Origin: Cereibacter sphaeroides 2.4.1
Lineage (GTDB): Bacteria; Pseudomonadota; Alphaproteobacteria; Rhodobacterales; Rhodobacteraceae
Length of the DNA stretch: 32,000 nucleotides
NCBI RefSeq assembly: GCF_000012905.2
Contig: NC_007493.2
Coordinates: 2,490,001 to 2,522,000 of the forward strand
Direction of reading: 5' to 3'
The notes beneath the pieces were generated by a model. That model was not told the DNA's origin and ran no database searches. It saw only the letters and a program-made list of their open reading frames with translations. The translations under genes and the position numbers were made by a program. Shown here piece after piece: positions 14,205 to 25,320 of this stretch; the stretch's first letter is position 1; every line of letters begins with the position of its first letter.

Positions 14205-14599
14205 TCCGCCTCCTTGCGCAAGAGCGCCCGCATCCGCTTTTCCAGCTGCCCCATCTCCTGAGCCAGCGCAAGCATCTGCGTGCGCATCCGCGCAAGCTCG
14301 GCCAGCGCCTCGCGCCCCTCGCTGGTCAGGATCGCGGGCTCGGACGGCCCCTCCGCCCCCTCGCCCTCGCCGGTCAGAAGCCAGCGCAGGCTCACATTGA
14401 GCATTCCCGCCATCATCTGCAGCCGGTTCGCGCGGGGCTCGGCCAGATCGTCCTCCCACGATTGCAGGGTCTTGAGCCGCACGCCGAGCCGGCGCGCCAT
14501 CTCTTCCTGCGTGAGGCCCGCGGCCTCGCGGGCGCCTGCCAGACGGTCCCCGAAGGTCGCCGTCTCGTTGCTGAACCAGCCCTGATTGTCCATCGCCAT
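14201..14599 (-). CDS. XRE/Cro-type helix-turn-helix protein with a C-terminal coiled coil, 132 aa
   Basis: HTH segment FGDRLAGAREAAGLTQEEMARRLGVRLKTLQSWEDD...LQMMAGMLNVSLRWLLTG. GGGAGAGG lies upstream. The start could be ATG 14599 or ATG 14593. Confidence 0.75.
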   Translation of the reverse strand: MAMDNQGWFSNETATFGDRLAGAREAAGLTQEEMARRLGVRLKTLQSWEDDLAEPRANRLQMMAGMLNVSLRWLLTGEGEGAEGPSEPAILTSEGREALAELARMRTQMLALAQEMGQLEKRMRALLRKEAE

Positions 14600-14647
14600 C
14601 CTGCCTCTCCCTCGATACCGCTTGATCGCTTTCGGGGCAGAACCTAG

Positions 14648-15916
<1,269 letters not shown>

Positions 15917-15924
15917 GGCGCGTG

Positions 15925-15948
15925 GGGGAGGCGCGCAGGCGCCTCCCC
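15925..15948. terminator. GC-rich hairpin between convergent aatA and the MATE gene (no U-tract)
   Basis: GGGGAGGCGC (15925-15934) pairs perfectly with GCGCCTCCCC (15939-15948) around a 4-nt loop. There is no T-run on either side, so terminator function is uncertain. Confidence 0.45.
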
Positions 15949-15999
15949 TCCCCGGCCATGTCGGACCGCAGCGGCTCCGCCTGCCCTTCCGGCCGTCTG

Positions 16000-17355
16000 T
16001 CAGGCCAGCCGGGGCGCGCGGAGCCAGAAGCGGGTCATGAGCAGGATCGCGGCCAGCGTCAGCCCCACCACGAGGCCGAGCCAGAGGCCGGGGCCGCCGA
16101 GCCCCATCGGAAAGCCGAGCACATAGCTCGCCGGGATCCCCACCATCCAGTAGCTGAAGCTCGCCAGCCACATCGGCACCTGCGTGTCGCGCAGCCCGCG
16201 CAGCAGGCCGAGCGCGATCACCTGCATGGCGTCGGCGATCTGGAACAGGGCCGCGAAGGCCAGCAGCACCGAGCCGAAGGCCACGATCTCATCGAACTCG
16301 GGGTTCGCCCGGTCGAGGAAGAGCGCGATGATCGGGCCCGGGAACAAGAGGAAGATCGCCACCATCACGAGGCCGAAGCCCAGCGAGAGCAGGATCGCGA
16401 CCTTCGCTCCGTCCCGCAGGCCCTCCGTGTTGCCCGCCCCGTCCGCGCGGCCCGTGCGGATCGTCGCCGCGTTCGAGATCCCCACATGGACCATGAAGGC
16501 CAGCGCCGTCACCTCGGGCGCGATCCCGTGGGCGGCGAGCGGCACGGTGCCGATCCAGCCCATCATCAGCGCCGCCGCCTGAAAGATCGCGCCCTCGGCA
16601 AGCCCGGTGAAGCCGATGGGCCAGCCCAGCGCGAAGACCCGCGCCAGCGCATGCCAGTCGGGGCGCCAGAAGCGCTGGAACAGGTTGAACCGGCGCAGCG
16701 GCGGCAGAAGGGCCGCATAGAGGCCGAGCGCGGCGAGCGACATGATCTGCGCCCCGACTGAGGCGATGGCGGCCCCCTCCACGCCCAGCTCCGGCGCGCC
16801 GAACCTGCCGAAGATCAGCACCCAGTTGAGGCCCGCATTGACCACCACCGCGGCAAGCGTGGCCCAGAGCACGATCTGCGTCCGCTCCAGCGCCGAGAGA
16901 TAGCTCTTCAGCACCATGATGAGCAGCGCCGGCACCATGCCCAGCCCCGCGATCCGCAGGTAATCCTGCGCAAGGGCCGCCACCTCGGGCTGCTGGCCCA
17001 GCGCCAGAAGGATCGAGCCCGAGAACCAGAAGAGCGGATAGACGAGCAGCCCGAAGGCGATCGAGAGCCAGAGCCCCATCCGCGTGTCGCGCCGCACCTG
17101 CGTCTCGTCGCCCCGCCCGAGCGCCTCGGCCACCATCGGCATGACGGCCTGCGCGAAGCCAGAGCCCAGGATGAATGTCACGAAGAAGAGCGAGGCGCCG
17201 AGCACCACGGCGGCCAGTTCGGTCACGCCATACCAGCCCAGCATCACCGTATCGGTGACATGCAGCGACATCTGCGCCAGATGACTGCCGACGAGGGGGA
17301 GCCCCAGCGCGAGAATCGCCCGCGCATGGCTGGTGAAGGTGGAACTACGGACCAT
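16000..17355 (-). CDS. MATE-family multidrug/toxic-compound efflux transporter (NorM-like)
   Basis: 451 aa and about 12 TM segments. The N-terminus is typical of MATE proteins (ILALGLPLVGSHLAQMSLHVTDTVMLG) and the two halves look duplicated. Confidence 0.88.
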   Translation of the reverse strand: MVRSSTFTSHARAILALGLPLVGSHLAQMSLHVTDTVMLGWYGVTELAAVVLGASLFFVTFILGSGFAQAVMPMVAEALGRGDETQVRRDTRMGLWLSIAFGLLVYPLFWFSGSILLALGQQPEVAALAQDYLRIAGLGMVPALLIMVLKSYLSALERTQIVLWATLAAVVVNAGLNWVLIFGRFGAPELGVEGAAIASVGAQIMSLAALGLYAALLPPLRRFNLFQRFWRPDWHALARVFALGWPIGFTGLAEGAIFQAAALMMGWIGTVPLAAHGIAPEVTALAFMVHVGISNAATIRTGRADGAGNTEGLRDGAKVAILLSLGFGLVMVAIFLLFPGPIIALFLDRANPEFDEIVAFGSVLLAFAALFQIADAMQVIALGLLRGLRDTQVPMWLASFSYWMVGIPASYVLGFPMGLGGPGLWLGLVVGLTLAAILLMTRFWLRAPRLA

Positions 17356-17405
17356 GCGGCAGCAGTAGCCCGCCGCAGCATCCTCATCAAGCGAGCGCCG
17401 CGCGA

Positions 17406-18047
17406 TCAGGCAGAAAGAGGCTTTCGTGCCACGAAATCCACCAGCGCGGAAAGACCGGCATGGGCCCGGCCCTCGTGGATCTCCTCATCCGCATCGCGGG
17501 CCACGAGCCGCTCCCAGCCCGGGAAGTCCGCCGCGAGATCGGCCAGCTCATACATGTTCTCGGCCGCCGAGGGGCCGCCCGTCCCGTAGCCCACCTGACG
17601 CGGCGCATAGCCGTGCAGGAGGACCAGCCCGCCGGGCCGCACCGCGCGGGCGATGCCCGCATGGATCTCGCGCCGGAGCGCGGGCGGGGCGAACTGGATG
17701 AAGATGCCCAGCACGGCGTCGAAGGGCCGGCTCCAGTCCCATTGCGCCACGTCGGCGTGGTGCAGCTCGACCGCCACGCCCCGCTCGGCCGCGAGCGTCC
17801 GGGCCTTGGCCAGCGCCACCTCCGACAGATCCATCGCCGTCACCCGGTGCCCGAGCCCGGCCAGATACACGGAGTTCCGCCCCTCCCCGTCGCCCAAGCA
17901 GAGAAGCTCGGCCCGCGCGGGCAGGAGGGCCGCCGCGCGCAGTGCGAAGGCCGACGGCTCCTTGCCGAAAAGGTAATCGGCGCTGCGGTAGCGTTCATCC
18001 CACATGCGCCGATAGTGCACCGGATCGAACAGCCGGCCAAGGCTCAT
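17406..18047 (-). CDS. class I SAM-dependent methyltransferase, 213 aa (TehB/TPMT-like small-molecule methyltransferase type)
   Basis: It starts MSLGRLFDPVHYRRMWDERYRSADYLFG and has the SAM motif LLCLGDGEGRNSVYLA plus VTAMDLS. The ATG overlaps the PPK2 stop (ATGA at 18044-18047). Confidence 0.8.
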   Translation of the reverse strand: MSLGRLFDPVHYRRMWDERYRSADYLFGKEPSAFALRAAALLPARAELLCLGDGEGRNSVYLAGLGHRVTAMDLSEVALAKARTLAAERGVAVELHHADVAQWDWSRPFDAVLGIFIQFAPPALRREIHAGIARAVRPGGLVLLHGYAPRQVGYGTGGPSAAENMYELADLAADFPGWERLVARDADEEIHEGRAHAGLSALVDFVARKPLSA

Positions 18048-19054
18048 CCCTGACGCGGCTTGCGCAGCGCGGGCGGCGTGGCGCTGTCGAGGATGTCGGC
18101 CGCCGTGCCGATCACCTGCGCCGCACGTCCCACGATCAGCGGATCGGGCACGCCCACCACCTCCGGGTCCTTGCCCGGATAGTCGAGGCTCGACAGGAAG
18201 TGCCGCATGCAGTTCAGCCGCGCGCGCTTCTTGTCGTTGGACTTGACGATGGTCCAGGGCGCATCGGCCGTGTCGGTGTAGAAGAACATCGCCTCCTTCG
18301 CCTCGGTATAATCGTCCCACTTGTCGAGGCTCGCCTTGTCGATGGGCGAGAGCTTCCAGCGTTTCAGGGGATCGGTCTCGCGGGCGAGGAAGCGGGCGCG
18401 CTGTTCGTCGCGCGTCACCGAGAACCAGTATTTGTAGAGCCGGATCCCCGAGCGGACCAGCATCCGCTCGAGCTCGGGCGCCTGGCGCATGAATTCGAGA
18501 TATTCCGAGGGGGTGCAGAACCCCATCACCCGCTCGACGCCCGCGCGGTTATACCAGCTGCGGTCGAAAAAGACGATCTCGCCCGCGGTCGGCAGATGTT
18601 CGATATAGCGCTGAAAGAACCATTGGCCGCGCTCGCGCTCGCCGGGCTTGGTCAGGGCCACGACGCGGGCATAGCGCGGATTGAGATGCTCCATGAAGCG
18701 CTTGATCGTGCCACCCTTGCCGGCGGCGTCGCGCCCTTCCATCAGGATGACGAACTTCTGCCCGGTCTCCTGCGCCCAGATCTGCACCTTCAGCAGTTCG
18801 GCCTGCAATCTGGCTTTCTCGGCCTCGTAGACCACGCGGCCCAACCGGCGCGGATAGGGATAATGCCCGCCCTCGAAGGCCTGCCGTATCGCATTCGCAT
18901 CCACGGCCGGGAAATGGCGCGGTCCGTGCAGCGTCTGAAGAGGGGCCTCGGGCCCTGCGGGCCCCTCTTCCGGCAGGGCCGTGGGGGCGGCAGGCACCGC
19001 CTCGGCCGCGTCTGCGGCAGGCGGCATCACGGGCATCGCGCGGTCTTCGGCCAT
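18044..19054 (-). CDS. ppk2: polyphosphate kinase 2 (PPK2)
   Basis: Walker A segment MEGRDAAGKGGTIKR and the PPK2 core (FFDRSWYNRAGVERVMGF, DPLKRWKLSPID). I chose the ATG at 19054 because AAGGAG sits 5 nt upstream, rather than the TTG at 19081. Confidence 0.88.
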   Translation of the reverse strand: MAEDRAMPVMPPAADAAEAVPAAPTALPEEGPAGPEAPLQTLHGPRHFPAVDANAIRQAFEGGHYPYPRRLGRVVYEAEKARLQAELLKVQIWAQETGQKFVILMEGRDAAGKGGTIKRFMEHLNPRYARVVALTKPGERERGQWFFQRYIEHLPTAGEIVFFDRSWYNRAGVERVMGFCTPSEYLEFMRQAPELERMLVRSGIRLYKYWFSVTRDEQRARFLARETDPLKRWKLSPIDKASLDKWDDYTEAKEAMFFYTDTADAPWTIVKSNDKKRARLNCMRHFLSSLDYPGKDPEVVGVPDPLIVGRAAQVIGTAADILDSATPPALRKPRQG

Positions 19055-19140
19055 GGCATCTCCTTTCCGGCATTCCGCCAATTTATCGACAGATCGTTAA
19101 ACATGAAATTGACCAGGGTCATTTTAGCCAGCTGGTCAGG

Positions 19141-19174
19141 AAATAATAAGGGGGTGGCGTTATCCGCCACCCCC
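19141..19174 (-). terminator. intrinsic terminator downstream of the LuxR/hydrolase gene
   Basis: GGGGGTGGCG (19150-19159) pairs perfectly with CGCCACCCCC (19165-19174) around a 5-nt loop. On the - strand it is followed by TTATTATTT (complement of 19141-19149). Confidence 0.8.
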
Positions 19175-19291
19175 AGCGCGGGAAACAATGCTGCGCATGA
19201 ACGAGAAGTTAAAAAGTCTTGCGGGCCCTCCTTATCGGCGGGCAAGATTCCGCGCATACTCCATCTGCGGTAAAAGGTTTCCCGCCGCGCC

Positions 19292-20971
19292 TCAGTGGGC
19301 AACAATGCCGCAGAGACGGTCGATCACGACCTCCCACCGCTCAAGAAACAGGAGCCGCGCGGACCCAGACAGGGTCTCGACCTCTGCCCCGGCCAGAGTG
19401 GCGGCCAGACGATGGACCTCCGCCGGAGGTGCGAGCGGGTCGAGTTCGCCTTGCAGGAAGCGGATCGGCACCTGCGGCGGATGTGGCGGCAGCGCCCTGC
19501 CCGCCTCGAGACGGTTGCGGGCGAAGGCCGCATGGGCCGAGATCCCGGGCCCGAGGGCGAAGGCGCTGCCCGCGATCAGCGCCGCCCGAACGCCGGACCC
19601 GCGCAGCACCAGCCGGTCGGCCACCGCCCCGCCGCAGGCCGCCAGCAGGCACTCCTCTCGGTCCCGCCGGGCGGCCAGCGCGAAGGCCGCCCGCACCATC
19701 AGCGCCAGCGCCTCGGGCGAGTGCCGCGCCGTCTCGGCCAGAAAGCCCGGCCAGCGCGTCACCGGCCCGCCGGCAAGATCGGCCGCGCAAACGAGGATGC
19801 CCGCGACCAGCCCCGGGCGCAGCAGGGCAAGCATCCGGGCCGCCGCCAGATCGGATCCGAGCGCGAGGATCGCCGCGCGCGGCAGATCCAGATGGTCCGC
19901 CAGCGCCGCGATATCGAGCGCCCCGCCCTCGGCGATCCCCGCCCCCGCGGGCAGCGGATCGCTCCGGCCGTAGCCCGCCCGGATAGGCACGATCACCCGC
20001 AGGCTGCGGGCCCGCGCCGCGCGCTCGGCCGCCGGAGCCCAGCGGGCGAGGCTGAGTTCGCCATGCAGATGCAGGACCGGCGTGCCGCTCGGATCGCCGA
20101 ATTCGAGCCATTCGAGCCGCCGCCCCTCCGGCAGCAGCAGCGCCTGCGGCACCAGCGGCTCCAGAAGCCGCCCGCCCGGCGCCGGCAGCGCCCCCTCCGG
20201 AGGCGCGAGCGCCAGATCCATCAGCCCCAGCACCAACCGCAGGAGCTCGGGCTGCGAATGGGTGTCGGTCTTCTGCTGGATCGAGCGCAGCTGGGTGCGC
20301 ACCGTCTCGACCGAGCGGCCGCGCAGCGTGGCGATCTCGCGCAGCGGAAGGCCGAGGGTCAGGCCATGCACGATGTCGGTCTCGGCCGGGGTGAGCGCGA
20401 AGGTTCCCTGCAGGAAGCCGCCGAACCCGTCCGGCCAGACCGGCTCGGTCGCGAGCACCAGCGCGCGGGCCCGCCCCTCCGTCCCCTCGACCGGGCAGAC
20501 CCGCAGCACCGCGGTCGCCCCGGTCGCGGTCGAGCGGAGGCGGAGATTGCGGGCGGGCTCGGCCCGGCGCGCCACCCGCCGGATCGTGGAGGAAAGCGCC
20601 ACCACATCCGCCGGCTCGAACGGCAGCGCGGCGAGCGGCGCCCCGCCCGCGATGCGGAAGGCCGATTCGGCGGCGCGATTGCAGGCGGCGATCCGCACCA
20701 CCCCGTCGCTCAGGAAGGCCGGCACCCGCAGGATGCCCGCCAGCACCGCCTCGGCGGAGCCGGTCTCGCCGCAGGGCAGCCGGCCGAGGATCCGGGCCGC
20801 CCGCGCGAAGTGACGCTCGAGCTCCGGCACAGGGTCCGGCTCACGCTGCAGCCGCTGCTGCCAGAGCCGCGCGAAGTCCGGCAACCGCTGCGGATCGAGC
20901 GCCAGCTCGTAGGCCAGATGCACCAGCGCCGCCTCGGCCTCCCCGCTCCCGCTCTCCCACAGCCTTGTCAT
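19292..20971 (-). CDS. three-part regulator: N-terminal sensory-like region, central LuxR/GerE-type HTH, and C-terminal alpha/beta-hydrolase-fold domain (559 aa)
   Basis: HTH at about aa 192-250: LTPAETDIVHGLTLGLPLREIATLRGRSVETVRTQLRSIQQKT. Hydrolase fold at about aa 283-559: RRLEWLEFGDPSGTPVLHLHG...RVIVPIRAGYGRSD...AILALGSDLAAA. It is one uninterrupted ORF. The start (ATG 20971) is tentative because the ribosome-binding site is weak. Confidence 0.7.
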   Translation of the reverse strand: MTRLWESGSGEAEAALVHLAYELALDPQRLPDFARLWQQRLQREPDPVPELERHFARAARILGRLPCGETGSAEAVLAGILRVPAFLSDGVVRIAACNRAAESAFRIAGGAPLAALPFEPADVVALSSTIRRVARRAEPARNLRLRSTATGATAVLRVCPVEGTEGRARALVLATEPVWPDGFGGFLQGTFALTPAETDIVHGLTLGLPLREIATLRGRSVETVRTQLRSIQQKTDTHSQPELLRLVLGLMDLALAPPEGALPAPGGRLLEPLVPQALLLPEGRRLEWLEFGDPSGTPVLHLHGELSLARWAPAAERAARARSLRVIVPIRAGYGRSDPLPAGAGIAEGGALDIAALADHLDLPRAAILALGSDLAAARMLALLRPGLVAGILVCAADLAGGPVTRWPGFLAETARHSPEALALMVRAAFALAARRDREECLLAACGGAVADRLVLRGSGVRAALIAGSAFALGPGISAHAAFARNRLEAGRALPPHPPQVPIRFLQGELDPLAPPAEVHRLAATLAGAEVETLSGSARLLFLERWEVVIDRLCGIVAH

Positions 20972-21024
20972 TCCGCGCCTTCGCCTGTCTCGGCGCCGCT
21001 CGTGACACGGCCGCCAGGCGCCCT

Positions 21025-21046
21025 CCATCCGGGGCTTCCCGGATGG
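21025..21046. promoter_or_regulatory. 22-bp inverted repeat in the divergent LuxR-hydrolase/GST promoter region (candidate operator)
   Basis: CCATCCGGG-GCTT-CCCGGATGG has perfect 9-bp arms and a 4-nt spacer. It lies 54 nt upstream of the regulator start and 71 nt upstream of the GST start. Confidence 0.4.
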
Positions 21047-21116
21047 GCGCTTGGGTCGCAGGTCTTTCCTCTGGCCCGCCGACCGACTAGGCTCTGGGCC
21101 GATCAAGGAGAAGTCC

Positions 21117-21776
21117 ATGCTGAAGATCTACGGCGTCTATCGCTCGCGCGCCTCGCGCCCGCTCTGGCTTCTGGCCGAGCTGGACCTGCCCTTCGAGCAT
21201 GTGCCCGTGATCCAGGCGAACCGCGTGGCCCATCCCCATGGGCCGGAGGCGCCGCTGAACACGGCCTCTGCGGCCTATCTCGCGGTCAATCCGCTGGGCC
21301 AGATCCCCTGCCTCGAGGAGGAGGGGCTGATCCTCACCGAGTCGCTGGCCATCACGCTCCACATCGCGCGCACCCAGGGCGGCCAGCTCGGCCCCCGCAG
21401 CGAGCCCGAGGATGCGCTGATGGTCAGCTGGTCGCTCTTCGCCGCCACCGCCGTCGAGCCGCCCGCCCTCGAGATCCAGCTCATCCAGCGGTCGGGCGGC
21501 GGCACGAGCCCCGAGGGACAGGCCGCGATCGCCATCGCCGCCGAACGGCTGCGCCGTCCGCTCGCCCGACTCGAACGGCATTTCGCGGCCGAGGACTATC
21601 TCGTGGGCGGCCGGTTCACCGTGGCCGACCTGAACCTCGCCGAAACGCTGCGCTACGGCCAGGCCCATCCGGCGCTGCTCGAGCCCTTCCCCGCCGTCGC
21701 CGCCTGGCTCGACCGCTGCCAGTCGCGCCCGGCCTTCCGCCTGATGATGGAACGCCGCGCGGCCGAGCCCGAATAG
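21117..21776 (+). CDS. glutathione S-transferase family protein
   Basis: AAGGAG (21105-21110) lies 6 nt upstream of the ATG. The N-terminal thioredoxin-like GST motif is NPLGQIPCLEEEGLILTESLAITLHI, followed by a C-terminal helical domain. Confidence 0.85.
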   Translation: MLKIYGVYRSRASRPLWLLAELDLPFEHVPVIQANRVAHPHGPEAPLNTASAAYLAVNPLGQIPCLEEEGLILTESLAITLHIARTQGGQLGPRSEPEDALMVSWSLFAATAVEPPALEIQLIQRSGGGTSPEGQAAIAIAAERLRRPLARLERHFAAEDYLVGGRFTVADLNLAETLRYGQAHPALLEPFPAVAAWLDRCQSRPAFRLMMERRAAEPE

Positions 21777-21872
21777 GCGCCGCGCCGGCCTCCTTCCGGC
21801 CCCAGATCTTGCGTATCCCCTCTGCGGGATGCTCTATTGCTATTCCAATCGTCCAGAAAGAATCGAGCAGCC

Positions 21873-23828
<1,956 letters not shown>

Positions 23829-23972
23829 CCCCGCCCGGCGGCGCCCCGAGGCCCCTGCGCCGCATCGCGCCCCGAAGCCTCTTCTTCCCGGCCGCGCCGG
23901 ATCCCCTCCGCGGCGCGCCCGGCCCCTGAACCCCGCGCGCGCCACAGGCCGCCCCGCCCACCGCCAGCCCGT

Positions 23973-24026
23973 CTTTCACTCTGCCCAAATATCCGCGGGG
24001 GTCCGGGGGCCGCCAGCCCCCGGCGG
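23973..24026 (-). repeat. copy A of a hairpin-plus-conserved-tail element at the 3' end of uxuA (REP/terminator-like)
   Basis: CCGGGGGC (24003-24010) pairs with GCCCCCGG (24016-24023). On the - strand the stem is followed by ACCCCCGCGGATATTTGGGCAGAGTGAAAG. It aligns with copy B at 30615-30673. Confidence 0.6.
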
Positions 24027-24046
24027 CCGGCTCCGGGCGCCGCCCG

Positions 24047-25267
24047 TCAGGCCCCGCGCACCAGCGGATGGTCGAGCGCCGTCATGATCCCGCGCAGCTC
24101 GGCCAGCCCCTTCAGCCGCCCGATCGAAGGATAGCCCGGCTGGCCCTTGCGGCCGAGGTCGTCGAGGATGTCCTGCCCGTGGTCGGGCCGCATCGGGATC
24201 GAGATATCCGTGCGCCCCTCGGCCTCGCGCCGCCGCTCCTCGGCGAGGATGGCCGCGATCATCGCCACCATGTCGGTGCCGCCCTCGAGATGGCCGTCCT
24301 CGAAGAAGGAGTTGCGCAGCGCGTCCCCGTCCCGCTCCAGCGTCACGTTGCGCAGATGCAGGAAATGCACCCGGTCGCCCAGCCGCTCCATCATCCCCGG
24401 CAGGTCGTTCTCGGCCCGTGCGCCGAGGCTGCCCGTGCAGAGCGTGATGCCATTGGCCTTCAGATCCACCGCCTCCATCACCGCGGCATAGTCGGCCTCG
24501 GTCGACATGACCCGCGGCAGGCCCAGCAGCGGGAAGGGCGGATCGTCGGGATGGCAGCAGAGCCGCACGCCCAGCTCCTCGGCGAGCGGCGCCACCTCGG
24601 ACAGGAAGTCCACCAGATGCCGGCGCAGCGTCTCGGGGCGCATGGCGGCATAGTCCGACAGGTGCCGGCGCACATCGTCGAGTGTGAACTGCTCGGCCGC
24701 CCCCGGCAGCCCGAAGACCACGTTGCGGGCAAGCTCGGACCGGCGGGTCCCGTCCATCTCGGCAAAGCGCCGCGCCGCCTCCTCGACCACCGCCGCGGGC
24801 AGTTCCCCGGCCGCGCCGGGCCGCTCGAGGATATGGATGTCGAAGGCCGCGAAATCGGTCAGGTCGAACCGCATGCAGGTTGCGCCCGACGGCCGCCGCC
24901 AGGCGAGATCCGTCCGCGTCCAGTCGAGCACTGGCATGAAGTTGTAGCAGATGACCTCGATCCCCGCCGCGCGGAGATTGCGCATCGAGGCTTTCCAGGT
25001 CTCGAGATGGGCGCGCCAGTCGCCCTTCTGCTTCTTGATGTCCTCGGAGACGGGCAGGCTCTCGACCACCTCCCAGTTGAGGCCCGAGGCCGCGCCGTCG
25101 CGCATCACCCCGATCTCGCGCTGGCGGCGGGCGATCTCCTCGGGCGTCCAGAGCGCGCCGGTGGGAATGTGATGCAGCGCCGAGACGACGCCCTCCACCC
25201 CCGCCTGCCGCATGTCGTCCACCGACACGAGGTCCTTCGGTCCGAACCACCGCCATGTCTGCCGCAT
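24047..25267 (-). CDS. uxuA: mannonate dehydratase
   Basis: 406 aa starting with the canonical MRQTWRWFGP, with the UxuA core (ICYNFMPVLDWTRTDL, HPDDPP, HFLHLRNV). GGGAGGA lies 5 nt upstream of the ATG at 25267. Confidence 0.92.
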   Translation of the reverse strand: MRQTWRWFGPKDLVSVDDMRQAGVEGVVSALHHIPTGALWTPEEIARRQREIGVMRDGAASGLNWEVVESLPVSEDIKKQKGDWRAHLETWKASMRNLRAAGIEVICYNFMPVLDWTRTDLAWRRPSGATCMRFDLTDFAAFDIHILERPGAAGELPAAVVEEAARRFAEMDGTRRSELARNVVFGLPGAAEQFTLDDVRRHLSDYAAMRPETLRRHLVDFLSEVAPLAEELGVRLCCHPDDPPFPLLGLPRVMSTEADYAAVMEAVDLKANGITLCTGSLGARAENDLPGMMERLGDRVHFLHLRNVTLERDGDALRNSFFEDGHLEGGTDMVAMIAAILAEERRREAEGRTDISIPMRPDHGQDILDDLGRKGQPGYPSIGRLKGLAELRGIMTALDHPLVRGA

Positions 25268-25300
25268 CGCCGTCCTCCCGCTGAGCACCCCAAACTAATA

Positions 25301-25320
25301 TGCAAGTATGCCAGTTTGCA
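25301..25320. promoter_or_regulatory. AT-rich promoter patch with an imperfect inverted repeat upstream of uxuA (candidate operator)
   Basis: TGCAAGTATGCCAGTTTGCA has TGCAA/TTGCA ends and lies 34-53 nt upstream of the uxuA ATG. On the - strand, TTGCAA and a TATTAG/ATTAGT-like -10 element fall within the same patch. Confidence 0.4.

Noticed and set aside
13935-14599. Toxin-antitoxin interpretation of the HTH/sdhE pair (E. coli SdhE/YgfY was once described as antitoxin CptB)
   Set aside because: No YgfX/CptA-like small membrane toxin gene is adjacent, and the partner here is a DNA-binding protein upstream. The arrangement does not fit that model.
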